64,000 nt of DNA, from positions 496,001 through 560,000 of the forward strand of contig NW_021832432.1 in NCBI RefSeq assembly GCF_006345805.1. Direction: 5' to 3'. Source of the DNA: Octopus sinensis (lineage: Eukaryota). The first letter of the stretch is position 1. The number at the start of each line of letters is the position of its first letter. The notes beneath the pieces were generated by a model, which saw nothing but the letters and a program-made list of their open reading frames with translations, made no database searches and was not told where the DNA came from. The translations under genes were made by a program, and so were the position numbers. Positions 1 through 12,414 of the stretch are shown here, in pieces.

Positions 1-123
1 AAAATAAATAATCATTTTAAAACACTGGAAAATGCATGAGGTAAGAGAAAGATAGGACGCTTAAGGGGTTCACCTTGATAGATGGCTGAATATACATCAA
101 GTAAATGAGAAATCCTTATTTAC

Positions 124-223
124 CTGTGGGAAAACCTAGTTGTTTGCTGCCCCGACCAAATCCTTTGACTACGTTTCCTTCGGCATAGTAAGGCAGGTAA
201 TTTTCTGGACCAGTGGACGTCAT
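124..223 (-). CDS. RFK: Riboflavin kinase, first coding exon (gene continues beyond the left edge)
   Basis: Manual translation from ATG at 223 (context ACAAAATG) gives MTSTGPENYLPYYAEGNVVKGFGRGSKQLGFPT, the RFK N-terminal signature (G-x-VV-x-GFGRGSK-x-LG-x-PTAN). The exon ends in a phase-1 donor CAG|GTAAAT at 123-122. Confidence 0.93.
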
Positions 224-377
224 TTTGTAAGTTTGGCAGAGAAGCAACAACAGCCGCAGTCAGATGAAAGTTCAATGACTTGTGAGGAGTGTCCTGTAGG
301 CGTGATGTTTATATCTATGACTGGCAAGTGTGTTATCAGTTATGATTCAGCAGCGCATCGATGTTGTGCAAATACCT

Positions 378-523
378 CTACAAATTAATATAGGAATTGA
401 AAAAGTATCACTCTACTAATATTTTCATTATTGAAAATATATCACTTTCACTATTCTGTACCGGTATTTGCAAAAACCCCCTTCAAAATAATATTTACCG
501 TATTGAGAGTTATTATCCCTTAC
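378..523 (-). other. Candidate 5'UTR intron of RFK
   Basis: Minus-strand donor GAA|GTAAGG at 523 and T-rich acceptor TTAATTTGTAG| at 378. No transcript evidence. Confidence 0.35.
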
Positions 524-1190
524 TTCCACCTTGAAATCCGTTTGCCATCGTCAAATATAGCTCGTTATCTTTTTGATTAGACACGTAATTACTGCTTTAT
601 TTCTGTGTTGCTAACCAAGGTTGTTAAATGCTTAATCATACCGAGCGGATATCACAAATATAGTACGATCGAAACACATCTATCGTCTCGAAAAGTGATA
701 GCAATGTGAACGGAATAAATTTATCTCGGGAAATATAATTTTAGTCACCGTCCAACAGTGGTATTAACCTTTGTTCTAATCAAGTTTGTTTAATATTCGA
801 CGAATAAGAAAAGCTGTAGAACTCCTGCTCGGATGTAAATTTGTATTTTTGTTAGTTTACACTCAAGTGGGAGATGCGACTTGATTTCGTCCTCTGATTA
901 TAAATATTTCACTTTGTATATTGCTCGTTAAAATCATTGAGAGAAGTAAACACATTATGCAATCATTTCTCCGCCCCTCCCCATAAATATGACGCATATT
1001 TATGTAACAGATTAATTTTCTGGGGATATTTCTTTATCGTCAACATATTTATCGCATGCTGTGTAACGATGGCTCTGACGTGAATGTTTGGAAATGCTTC
1101 ATCTGTATTGTTATGAATATAAAAATTTCATTTACCTTTCTCACATCTTGTGTTTACTAATCAAAGCTTAACCGCCAAATGTGTGAATTA
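400..1190. promoter_or_regulatory. Candidate RFK promoter, possibly bidirectional
   Basis: Unique, repeat-free and relatively CpG-rich segment directly upstream of RFK. It has a GC-box-like CCGCCC at about 971 and a CRE-like TGACGT at about 1076. Confidence 0.45.
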
Positions 1191-1197
1191 CCAAATT

Positions 1198-1295
1198 AAG
1201 GCGAAGGTAAAGAATACGCATACCATCCGTTTTCGACGTTTAGGGTCAGGGTTACGCCGAAAACGGGTGTTTTGCGTATTCTTTGCCTCCGCCTA
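1198..1295. mobile_element. Small palindromic MITE with a TTAGGG-like centre
   Basis: Arms GGCGAAGGTAAAGAATACGCA and TGCGTATTCTTTGCCTCCGCC are inverted repeats. The centre is TTAGGGTCAGGGTTA and AAATT flanks both sides. Confidence 0.7.
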
Positions 1296-1345
1296 AAATT
1301 GATACGTTTATCGTGTTTCAAACTGTATATAAACTTTATATTTAA

Positions 1346-1858
1346 CTAGCAGTATCGCCCGGCGTTGCTCGGGTTTGTAAGGGAAATAACTATATAAGCA
1401 TTTTTAGAGAGTTACTTCCCTTATAGATGCCAATTCGGGCTTTCTTAGCCATTTCTGTTTTGGTGTCTTCAAGCCATGAAGTCGTTGTTCTAAAAGAACG
1501 CTGGTCTCCTTGACAACGCTTTACGACGTTGATTTCCTTACACTCCCTTCCCCACAGCTTCACGAGGGAGGGAAGAAGGGGAGAAGCAAACAGGTGCAGG
1601 TGTGACCATGGACGCCAACTCCGCCACTATCGACACACGAAAAATTATGCATTAAAATGGAATAAAAAAATGATGTTAAATTATTTTTAAAATCGTAGAC
1701 TCATCGTAGACGCGCGCTAATACTCAGACGGGCTCGATATGAATCACGACTATAAGATACCCGAATTTGGTTAAACTGCACCGCAAAATGTGGGAGGAGT
1801 TAGGAATCTAAATCGTAGGAGACAGACACTCACACAACTACAGTTATATATATATAGA
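1346..1858 (-). mobile_element. Non-autonomous Helitron
   Basis: Minus-strand termini 5'-TC...CTAG-3', a subterminal hairpin CCCGAGCAACGCCGGG, and insertion between A and T with no TSD. Confidence 0.75.
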
Positions 1859-2758
1859 TAAAGTTACACTGCAGCAAATTCAATTTCTTGTGGATTATAG
1901 GAATGGAGAGAGAGAGAGAAAGTAGGAAGAAATGAATCTCTGTCTTTTTTAAAATTGGCTCTGTCAGAGGAGAAAAGGTAGCACTCGCCAGGGTTTCCGA
2001 GGTGGAACAAGACTACTTTTAAATTCCTTGAATTTTGAGAAAAGTAAGAGACTCTTCTCAAAATTCAAAGAGCCTGTGAAGACTTTTTCTTCTTTTACTA
2101 TGTTTTTTTTTTCTTTGAGAGTGAGGCCTAACAGATATTTACAGGTCCCTACCAGGTTTGTACAGACCTAAGACTAACGTACATTCTGACTCCCCACTCC
2201 CACATTTTATGGGCTCTGGCATGCTTGGCCTTTTCTAGTCCCCTGGCACTGAAGGGAGAAAATTATTGTTAGACCCAGAGACCTTACTCAAATATTTGCA
2301 ACAGAATGGACATTACTAAAGACATCCAAGAACCAGGTTGGGGTGTTAAAACCACTGACACATTAAATTTACTGATCAGGCTTTTGTAGTTCCCATCTAC
2401 CAAATTTTGGTTGATCAAAGGCTATGGGTGGAAGATACTGTACTGTGGAATATCAAATTTGAAATCATGTTACTACATTGCATAAGGAATTTCCAAATCC
2501 AAAATCAACTTATTAACCCCATGGCTATGCTTATTCATACAAGACTAAAAATTTACTGAAAAGGGGTACAATTTGTTGAAGTACCTCATGGATAGGGGTA
2601 GCAGACTTAGCCTGTGATCCAGTTTAGTGCCACCACTTTTTAGCAGAGTCCACTCTATTACAAGTATTTGAGCTGCGTCTCCAAAGATATCTTCCTCTCT
2701 TCCTAGCAGTCACAGAGGTCATGAGCATTGTTTTCCCTCCTGTCTAAAAGATTTTTAA

Positions 2759-2979
2759 CCTTTTCGATACCAACCTGGCTGAAACCGCCTCTGGCTCTGT
2801 AGTACAAATGTCTTGTTTTCAAAAGTTTTGAATTAAAATCTTCCACCAAACTTTGGTCACAATTAATGCTCCTAACATTAGCTGAATGATAACTAAGTTA
2901 TTTTACTAAATTCTTTGTTATATTTAAAGTAATTGAAAGAAACACAGAACATCTCAACAGAAATATGGTAACAAAAGGG
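2759..2979. mobile_element. piggyBac-like MITE
   Basis: TTAA on both sides, with termini CCTTTTCGATACC ... GGTAACAAAAGGG. Confidence 0.7.
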
Positions 2980-3296
2980 TTAAAAAATGACTGGTACTTA
3001 TTTTATTGACCCTTTTAAGATTTGAACTCCTCTGAGTTAACATATTGAAAAGACTGTTTGACGCTTCTATACAAGTCCCTACCAGTCTGACTACCTCCTA
3101 CTTTTTTACAGGCCCTAGCACCCTTGTCGCTTTCCAGATTGAGATTACTAATTGTAATTGAGATCCAGCCAACCTGAACTAGTATGAAAGAAGAAAAAAA
3201 TACAATTTGCAGGTTAATTAGTGCATTCACCTATATTACTTCTATCTTTAATTTTCATTTGATTTTCATTAGATAAAACCATTAGATAAGCTATAG

Positions 3297-3460
3297 GCAC
3301 AGGTGTCGCTGTGAGGTTAAGAAATTTGTTTCCCAACCATGTGACCTTGGGTTCTGTCCTATAGCATAGCACCTTGGGCAAATGTCTTCTACTATTACTC
3401 CAAGCTGAGCAAAGCCTTATTAGTGGATTTTGTTGACAGAAACTGAAAACTGGAAGCCTG
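3297..3460 (+). mobile_element. SINE family B, 5' part (tRNA-like head, CORE-like GACCTTGGGCAA block)
   Basis: Diverged match to the intact copies at 32933 and 55587. Confidence 0.7.
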
Positions 3461-3979
3461 CCATACATATATATGAGCAAAACGCCCCCTGTCCAATGGA
3501 CAGTGCTGAGTTGTCAAACATTTAAACCAAATTTTCTCAAAACAACTTGTCCGACCATCCCATAGGCCTTCCCTTTGAGAAACACTGATTTAACCTAAAT
3601 TTGAGACACCAGCAAAAGAAGAAAAACGATTTTATTCACACAATATGCAAGGCTGTTGACTGGGAGAATACAAACATGGTTTAAACAGTAAGCTTGGCAG
3701 GAAAAAAACGTGCCTTTAAGCAGTACAAAAACAACAAAAATGGAAGGCACAGTTATGTACAGGTTGACGGAAGAAAAGCAAGACAAAACGGCTTTATCGA
3801 TCACATTCTCACCTGGAATCGATTTTTGTAATTTTTTCAAGACTTATACATGCCCTGATACCATCGATATCTACATATCAAATTTGAGCACAATCGAATG
3901 GAGGATGCCTGAGATCCAAGAAGACACACACACATACAGACAGAATGGATTTTATATAAGATATATATATATATATGTA

Positions 3980-5262
3980 AAGTCATTAAGATTGAAATGT
4001 CTGATTTTCTTATGCACCAAGTTTGACAGTTGTTAACTCAAATGTTTTATCCTGACAATTGTTTGTTTTACAACATTGAAGAGTTACATCACTTTCTGAA
4101 ATGCAATTCATGGAGTTTGATTTTATTGTGAGTTTTCTCTTGTAAATCGATTTTTGTGAACTCATGGATAGATCAAAGATTCGTATTGTTTATGAATATG
4201 AGTTCCGTTGTGGAACCAATGCATCCCAGACAGCTAGAAACAACACTGAAGTGTTTGATGAAGATGTGGTGAATGAGTGCACAGAATGTTGATGGTTTGA
4301 GAAGTTCCGGTCTGGTGACTTTACTCTTGAAAATCAGCCCTGTGGTAGACCTGAGACCAAGGTGGATAATGATGAGCTAGAAAAAGTAGTGGAAGCGGAT
4401 ACATCTCAAACTATGCGTGAGTTAGCAGCAATGTTTGATGTTTCAATTCCAACTGTATTGAACCATCTGAAACAAATTGGTAAAGTAAAGAAGCTGGACA
4501 AGTGGGTACCACATGAACCGAATAAGCATCAAATGATATGTCATCTTGAAACTTGTTGGTCTTTGCTGTCACAGCATAAAAATGAACCATTTCTGCATCG
4601 TATTGTTATGTGTGATGAAAAATGGATTCTTTTCAACAAAAGCAAGTGTTCTGCATGGTGGTTGGATAGAGATGAAGTACCAAAACACAATTCAAAAAGA
4701 ATATTCACCAAAAAAGCTAAGGGTGTTTGTTTGGTGATCCAGTGCTGGTGTCAGCCACTACAGCTTCAGGAGACCGGGTAAGTCAATTACAGCAGATATA
4801 TACATCAACCAAGTGGATGAAATGATGAATGAACTTGCAATTAAATAAGTGAGATTGGTCATTAGAGACAGGCCAATTCTCTTGCAAGACAATGCTTGAC
4901 CACATGTTGCACAAAGAATGCTACTCAAGTTACAAGAACTGAACTTGGAAATACTGTCATTTACCATATTCACCAGACCTTGCACCAACTGACTATCATG
5001 TTTTCCAGGCATTAGATAACTTTTTGCAAGGAAAAAAAAACTTTCTTCAAATCTGAAGAAGATGCAAAAACAGCCTTTTGTGATTTCATCACCTCTTGCT
5101 CTACAGAAGTGTTTGCTGCCAGCTTAAATAAGCTACTGATAAAATGGTAACATTGTATTGATAATTTAGCTACATACTTTGATTAACTGCATTGCTTTTT
5201 GTTGAGATAAAGTAAAATAAACGTTCAGTTCAAAATTGGACATTTCATTCTTAATGACTTGA
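3980..5262 (+). mobile_element. Mariner transposon, near full length (about 1.28 kb), with a disrupted transposase
   Basis: TIRs AAGTCATTAAGATTGAAATGTC and GACATTTCATTCTTAATGACTT. From ATG 4164: MDRSKIRIVYEYEF...WFEKFRSGDF...WVPHE...CDEKWI...LLQDNA...SPDLAPTDYH, with stops and frameshifts. Confidence 0.92.
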
Positions 5263-5764
5263 TGGCCTGATATATATATACACATACATGTGTGTGTGTT
5301 TTGTGTTTCCATGTACCCCTGTCTAAATGTCATATGATGGTTGTAGATGAGCAACATCATTATATTCATTATATAAGTGAGGTTTTTCATTTGCAGTCTT
5401 TCATGAAAAGGATGTCTAGCTAAAGGAAAATATTACCTTGCTTGGAAATAGGTGAGTGTTTATAACAGGAAGGACAAATAGCTGTAAAATCATGTTTGAC
5501 CCATGCAAGCATGGAAAAGTGGATGTTAAATGATGATGAATGTTAGTTTCACTTAAATGCTAATTAGGTCATTGTTAAATATTCAAGGTTAGCTTCGGGT
5601 TCCCCACCATTAAATGAATATATGAATAAATAGAATAGAACTGGGTCAGAATAAATTGTCTTGTTCATTTATCAGTCCTAACAGCTTGATCTAATTAAAT
5701 TCAGGTTTACTACAAAATTGATTCCAGTGAAACATTAAATTAGTAGATTATTAGTTAGAAATTG

Positions 5765-6180
5765 AAGCATCGTCATTTACCATCCATTGTCCATGCTGGC
5801 ATGAGTTGAACGTTTTGCTCAGGGTTGGTAAGCTGAGGGGCTGCACCAGACTTGTTTTATTTGGCATGGTTTCTATGACTGGATGCCCTTCTAATGCCAA
5901 CCACTCTGAGAGAGTAATGGGTACTTTTGCATGCCACTGGCATGAGTGCCAGTTGCATGACAACAGTATTTGCTACAACTATGATTTCACTTGGCTTGAT
6001 GGGTCTCCTCAAGCACAACATATTGCCAAATGCCTTGGTCATTTGTCATTGCTTCTGTGAGGCCCAGCACTTGAGAGGTGCTTCTTATGTGCTACGTATG
6101 TGACACTGGCATCGGCCACTTTGTTTCTGTGTGGCCCAATGCTCGAAAGGTGATTTTTACATGCCCCCAGCACAGGTTCC
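5765..6180 (-). mobile_element. RTE-type LINE 3' UTR fragment
   Basis: Homologous to the 3' UTR of the RTE copy at 18721-19390 (GGATGCCCTTCTAATGCCAACCACTC block on the + strand). Confidence 0.7.
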
Positions 6181-6855
6181 TGTTAAGATTTTGTTTGAGC
6201 CTAATCAAACTGAAAAAATGAACATTCTCTTTTCACCCAACATTTCTTGTAGAAGTTCTGAAGAAAGGTTTGTCCATTGAGCCAATAATGTTAATTTTTC
6301 TTGGCTACTAAGCTGTGATAAACTAGACAAGACCAACAAAGAATAAATTAGTGAGTTATATTGACTGAAATTCAACTGGAGATTGATATCGTCTTAAACA
6401 TGTCTTTTAAGCAAAGTAAAATGTCACATTTACTGCAGCACAATAATGATGGTAATAAAAATAATAATAAAAAACAACCCTCCCTACCCTAACATTCCCA
6501 TTTCCTGTTAGAGTAGTTCCATAGCAAAGTTACCCATAGAACCAAAAAAAGAATTGATCCCAATTCAGGATTGGTACTTTATCAATCACAACCTTGAGAT
6601 TGACACTGGTGCAGCATGAAAAACAGATGTTTGATGATGATGATGTTGTTGTTGTAAAGTGAAGTTAACCAGAGAGGGATTTGAACTTAGAGTGTCAGAA
6701 CAATTATTGCCAAGTGATTCATCCAATACTCTAATAACCCTAACCATACTATGACACTTTATCTGGCACTCCAATAAACCTGCTTATGCTCTGTGTTGTT
6801 TATGTTACACAAACTATTTGAGAAAAATCTGGTCAAAGAGGCTCAGCCATGACTC

Positions 6856-7320
6856 AGGCACAGACATGACTGTGTGGTTAAGAACTTCGTTTTCCAACCA
6901 CATGGTTTAGGGTTTAGTTCCACAGAGTAACAACTTGGGCAAGTGTTTTTTTTTCTATAGCCTTAAGCTGACCAAAGTCTTGTGAGTGGATTTGGTTGAT
7001 GAAAACTGCAAGAAGCTTGTAATATGTATATATAAATATGTATATATGAATGTATACATGTGTGTGTGCTTGTGCCTTACAATCTTGATGTTATGCGATA
7101 ATTGTAAATGAGTGTTGCTGTCAAACAAGAGGTGTCATTAGTTTCTAGCCTTCTGTGGAAAAACATGTCTAGTCATGGGAAACTATTACCCTACATGGAA
7201 ACAAATAAGGGGTGATGACAGGAAGAGTATTTGGCTGTAGAAAATTTACCTCAGCTAATTCCATCTTACCCATGCAAGCATGGCAAAGTGGACATTAAAA
7301 CAATGATAAAATTGATGATT
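6856..7320 (+). mobile_element. SINE family B head joined to an RTE-derived tail
   Basis: Head GGCACAGACATGACTGTGTGGTTAAG...CTTGGGCAAGTG. The tail ...GACAGGAAGAGTAT...CCCATGCAAGCATGGCAAAGTGGACATTAAA matches the RTE 3' end. Confidence 0.7.
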
Positions 7321-7724
7321 AAAAGTTAGTCTGGATTTGCACCAGGGAATTTATTTGCAGTTGCTACATTTCTGATGAAACAACTTCAGAATTTGCAACA
7401 TTATTTTGTAATTGTTGAAATATAGAAAAAGCTTTTAACAACATGTTACCTTCTGTAGTTTGGAAGTAAAGGATAAAGCTGAGTGAGGAAAATTAGCTTA
7501 TGAAAATGTTAGTGTGTATGGTATAAAAGAGGGAGGAGAGTCAAATGTATTGCTAGGGATTTTTAAATTCAAGTGGGTAGTATTCAACAAGGATGTGTAG
7601 GTTGATATCGGTGCAGAGTGAAAGCTGTTACATTCAAATATCCCAGCAATGTTAATGTCTGATTAAATTATATCTTTCTCTCACTGATGCCATCTACTTT
7701 GTATTTAATATCTCACAAGAACAA

Positions 7725-7942
7725 GGCGACAAACTGGTAGAATCATCAGCACACTGGGAAAAATTCACAGTGGCATTTCGTCTGTTTTTACGGTCTGAGT
7801 TCAAGCTTTACTGAGGTCAACTTTACCTTTCATTCTTGCAGCATTGATAAAACAAGTACCAGTTGAATACTGGGGATTGATGTAATCAACTTATCACGAA
7901 CTCCAGAACCTGCTGGCCTTGTGCCAAAAAACTGAATCCAAT
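7725..7942 (+). mobile_element. SINE family A, diverged copy with the CTGGCCTTGTGCCAAAA tail
   Basis: Decayed GGCGGCGAGCTGGCAGAA head and ...CTTTCAT...GATAAAACAAGTACCAG body. Confidence 0.7.
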
Positions 7943-8740
7943 ATCTCATATGAGCAATGAAATAAATTCCTGAAAAATACTAAAGTCTATATGATAGATT
8001 AAATTCCTTGACGACAATGCCCTCAGCATAGCCATATTCTACTAAGTAAAATTAATAAAGAGAAAGAGAAAAAGAAATTATAAATATTGCATCATGTAAT
8101 ATAAAAAAATGAAGTCTGGGAAGGATTGCAAATATTAAGTCATAAAAAGAATATTAAAAAGAAATTAACTCATGCAATAAAATTTAAGATTTTTTATTGT
8201 TGACTTTTTGAAGAAGAGAATGCTGCTGGTTAGTCATAGGAAGTTAGTAGAGTTAGTAATAAACTATAGTTGGTGTTGCTATTTAACCTAGTTCAGCTTT
8301 GAATGAGCAAACCTAAGATTGAAGGTATCTCTGCAATGATCAACCTGTCTTTTCCTGAAGTACAGAGCATTCTGGACCATGTCATCCAATGTATTGCTTC
8401 TTTTAAAATAGTTGGGAAAGATTTGATTGATATTTAGCTGCTATTTCTTGCAGCCTGTTGAGTGACTTTATGAAAGATCCCTTTGTGGCATGCACATGTA
8501 ATCCAATTGCTAAGAAACTTGGATGTTGGACGGTCAGTTTGAGAGTAGCAGTCCTGACAAGTTGGTCATCCATAGTGATTGGACATCTGTGCTAAGCTAG
8601 CTCAGCATCAATATGATGCTGTGCTGATGACAGAGCTCACAAGTTGGTACAGGACTTGATCCCGTGTAACTGAAATTTTTAATTTGCCATGAGGAGAAAT
8701 GTCGTAGACCATGATTAATGTGTTTGTGTTCTTATGATTA

Positions 8741-9253
8741 TCGTAAATCCCCGAGTATAATCAGCAATTCCCCCCCAAAATTTAAAGGTCAAAATCCTTA
8801 GTGCGTACTATATACGAGGTTAAAAATGAAAATTATTTTCTAAGCAATGTTTAAGTCTCTATTTGCTGTCCGACAACGTTTATTCAGACGTATTTTGTGA
8901 TGTCGGGTGCGAAAATACCTTAAGGTAAGCCCGAAAGTAATGAAGTCGTAAAAGAATCATCCATAACTTGCAGTAAGCAACATTTATTAAACGTTATTAC
9001 TGTTATTTCTTTATTTTCTGCAAACAAAATGCACAAAAAAGCTACACGTTTGCATTATGTTATATATACAATAATAAATAAAGGACGTTACCGGATATAT
9101 TTTTACAAACCAAGGACGTTATATAGACCTCCTTGACTCAAGTTAGAGAAGGGGTGCGTATTATACACAAGGTTTAGGTTTTACAGAGGTACAGCCCCCT
9201 AAAAATCCCTTGTGTATTATACTCAAGGGCGGACTATACTCGAGGATTTACGG
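8741..9253. mobile_element. Tc1/mariner-pogo-type MITE
   Basis: TA TSD, with TIRs (T/C)CGTAAATCC(C/T)CGAGTATA ... TATACTCGAGGATTTACGG. Confidence 0.8.
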
Positions 9254-9515
9254 TATGTTTAATTATTACAGTTAATATACAATCTAATGAAAAAGCTTCT
9301 ATGTAATCATTCAACTTGTTAGAAATATTAACCAAATTTCTCCCAGATCAACCCTTAATGTCTTAAAGAAGGAAAGGATACAAGAACCCTTTAGTATTTA
9401 GAGTGGCCATATCCAGCCCAAATATTCTACCTGTTTTATGTTGCAACTGGCCAGATTTCACTTCTCACCTACCCTTCAATATCATTCTAATATTATACAA
9501 TCACATCATTTAAAT

Positions 9516-9778
9516 AAACTCAGAGCGTAAAGACAGATGAAATACCTGTTTCTTTATTACCCACAAGGGGCTAAAAATGGAGAGGACAAACAAGGACAGA
9601 CATAGCTATTATGTTGATTACATCGACCCCAGTGCGTAACTGGTACTTGTTTTATCGACCCCAAAAAGATGAAAGGCAAAGTCGACCTCAGCGTAATTTG
9701 AACTCACAATGTTACGGCAGGCAAAATACTGCTAAGCATTTCGCCTGGCGTGCTAACGTTTCTGCCTGCTCGCCGCCT
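9516..9778 (-). mobile_element. SINE family A plus a partial second unit, nested in a TTAA-type MITE
   Basis: Flanked by the TSD TACAATCACATCATT (9496-9510 and 9779-9793). Confidence 0.85.
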
Positions 9779-10062
9779 TACAATCACATCATTGAAATTT
9801 CAGAGTTACATGCATGGTTAATTCAAAATAATATATGAATAAATAAGCATTACATTTGACAAAATGATCTAGATATTCATCATTTGACAAGATAGTCATG
9901 ACAACAAGTGAGGGTTGGTAAGAAGAGGAGTATCTGGTGGTTGAAAATCTGCCTCAGTGAATACTGTCTGACCCATGCAAGTATGGAAAAGTGGATGTTA
10001 AAATGATAATGATGACATTTAGCTTCTTAATCTTGCTCTGAAATATCAAACATTATGCTTAA

Positions 10063-10282
10063 CTTTTTAGTATTTAAACTGGTCATATCCAGCCCAAATA
10101 TTTTTCCTGTTTTATGTTCAAACAAGCTAGATCTAGCCTCTCACACCTACCCTACAATGTCATTCTGAAAACAAGCAATCTCATCATTGAAATCTGAAAG
10201 CTACAAGATAACGCAAAATAAATTCAAAACAATGTGAATAAATAAGCATTCCATTTGACAGAATAATCTGAATGCTAATGGG
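10063..10282. mobile_element. TTAA-flanked MITE of about 220 bp (related copies at about 9385-9880, 20670-20890, 24627-24799, 25467-25658)
   Basis: TTAA TSDs, termini C(C/T)TTTAG...CTAA(A/T)GGG and shared internal sequence among the copies. Confidence 0.75.
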
Positions 10283-10293
10283 TTAAGGCACAA

Positions 10294-10525
10294 AAGGCGG
10301 CGAGCTGGCAGAAACGTTAGCACACCGGGCGAAATGCTTAGTGGTATTTCGTCTGCGTTATGTTGTGAGTTCAAATTCCGCCGAGGTCGACTTTGCCTTT
10401 CATCCTTTCAGGGTCGATAAATTAAGTACCAGTTACGCACTGGAGTCGATGTAATCGACTTAATACCTATGTCTGTCCTTGTTTGTCCCCTCTGTGTTTA
10501 GCCCCTTGTGGGTAATAAAGAAATA
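10294..10525 (+). mobile_element. SINE family A, full-length monomer
   Basis: GGCGGCGAGCTGGCAGAAACG head, B-box-like GAGTTCAAATTCC, tail AATAAAGAAATA and a 13-bp TSD GGTTAAGGCACAA (10281 and 10526). Confidence 0.9.
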
Positions 10526-10589
10526 GGTTAAGGCACAAGTTTTTCTCTCTGCTGTGAAAAAAAAAAAAAAGAAAGAAATATTGATCTAT

Positions 10590-10870
10590 GTCTCAGTTGT
10601 TAGAGCGTCAGGCTCACAATCATGAAGTAGTGAGTTTGATTCCTGGACCGGACCGGGCTGCGTGTTGTTTTTCTTGAGCAAGACACTTTATTTCGTGTTG
10701 CTCCAGTTCACTCAGCTGTAGAAATGAGTTGTGATGTCACTGGTGCCAAACTGTATTGGCCTTTGCCTTTCTCTTGGGTTACATTGGTAGCATGGAGTGA
10801 GGAGACTTGTGCCTCTGAGGGGAACTTTCTAAGTGCAATCCCATGATCATTCATGACTGAAGGGTGTACT
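10590..10870 (+). mobile_element. tRNA-derived CORE-like SINE (family D), tail type 1
   Basis: CTCAGTTGTTAGAGCG head and CTTGAGCAAGACACTTTATTTC core. The tail recurs inverted at 63925-64000. Confidence 0.65.
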
Positions 10871-11255
10871 TTTAATTCTTCATTTTTGTTATACTTGCTC
10901 ATAAATTTAACCATACATTCCCACTTATCATACTGCTGTGTAATACAGTATTCGCTAGCAACACAATGATGGGCTTAGAGCTATAGTAGACACTTTCTCA
11001 ACGTGGGGTGCAGTGGGACCGAACCTGAGACCATGTGGTTGGAATGCAAGCTTCTTAACCACAATTTTACATGTATATATGTATGTATGGGTGCATGTCT
11101 GTGTGTATATATGTAAAAATTGTGTATGTATACTCACATATGCACACAAACATATATATGTATATGTGTAATTCTATCTATCTATCTGTCTGTCTGTCTA
11201 TTTGTCTGTGTCTGTCTAAATACACAAATATACACACACACATACATACATAGCA

Positions 11256-11605
11256 CAGGCTTGGCTATGTGGTAAGAAGTTTGTTTCCCAACCACATGAT
11301 TCTGGGTTCAGTCCCACCATGTGGCACCTTGGGCAAGTGTCTTCTACTTTAGCCTTGGAAGTGGATTTTGTAGGTGGAAACTGTAAAAAGCCTGTCGTAT
11401 ATGTGTGCGATTGTGTCTGTATTTGTCCAGCAGTGTCAGTGTGGTTACATCTCCGCAAACTAGCGGTTCGGCAAATGAGACCGATAAAATAAATATCAAG
11501 CTTAAAAAATAAGTACTGGGGTTGATCCATCCAACCTAAGTTCTCGAAGGCGGTGCCCCAGTATGGTTGCAGTCTGTTGACTGAAACAAGCAAAAGAATT
11601 AAAGA
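11256..11605 (+). mobile_element. SINE family B
   Basis: Head, core and tail ...CTAGCGGTTCGGCAAATGAGACCGATA...GACTGAAACAAG as in 32933-33360. Confidence 0.8.
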
Positions 11606-11755
11606 ATATATTTCTGGTATATTTCATTTGGATCTATGAGATGGAATAGATCCTTCCATTTTCCATCTTCATCACTTGTTGAACATAGAACTCAGTACAT
11701 GAATATATATATCTTTAATCTGCAGAAAGTTATAAAAGTGACGCAAGGCTAATAT

Positions 11756-11786
<31 letters not shown>

Positions 11787-11999
11787 TCATGTCTCTAATT
11801 AATATTATATATATTCATATATATAATTATAAAATGCACAAATGCACTCTCACACACACACACATAAATGTATGATCCAATGATCGAGGTGTAAGAAGAA
11901 AGTGAGCTAGAAGCAATCCGTATAAAATACATATATAAAAAAAAAGAACTTTCAGGAACAATAGGGATTTATTAGGGCAAGAAGTTGGGAATTTTTCCT

Positions 12000-12244
12000 A
12001 TGTGTGTGAGTGTGTGTGCGTATATATATATATATATATATATATATTTCATCATATATATATATATGTATGTATATAAATAAATGTGGGTATATATATA
12101 TGTGTGTATATATATGTGTATATATATATATGTGTGTATATATGTGTGTGTATATATATATGTGTGTATATATATATATATATATGTGTATATATATATA
12201 TATACACACACACACATATATATATGTGTGTATATATATATATA

Positions 12245-12342
<98 letters not shown>

Positions 12343-12372
12343 TATATATAGATAGATATGTAGATATATATA
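12000..12372. repeat. Compound (TA)n/(TG)n microsatellite
   Basis: Directly visible. It ends about 70 bp upstream of the GLRX3 acceptor. Confidence 0.95.
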
Positions 12373-12414
12373 TGGGTAAATGTAAAACGGAAGATGCACG
12401 ATGTGTATGTACTT

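Noticed and set aside
140-388. 82-aa plus-strand ORF
   Set aside because: It is the antisense shadow of the RFK exon, has a TTG start and shows no recognisable motif.
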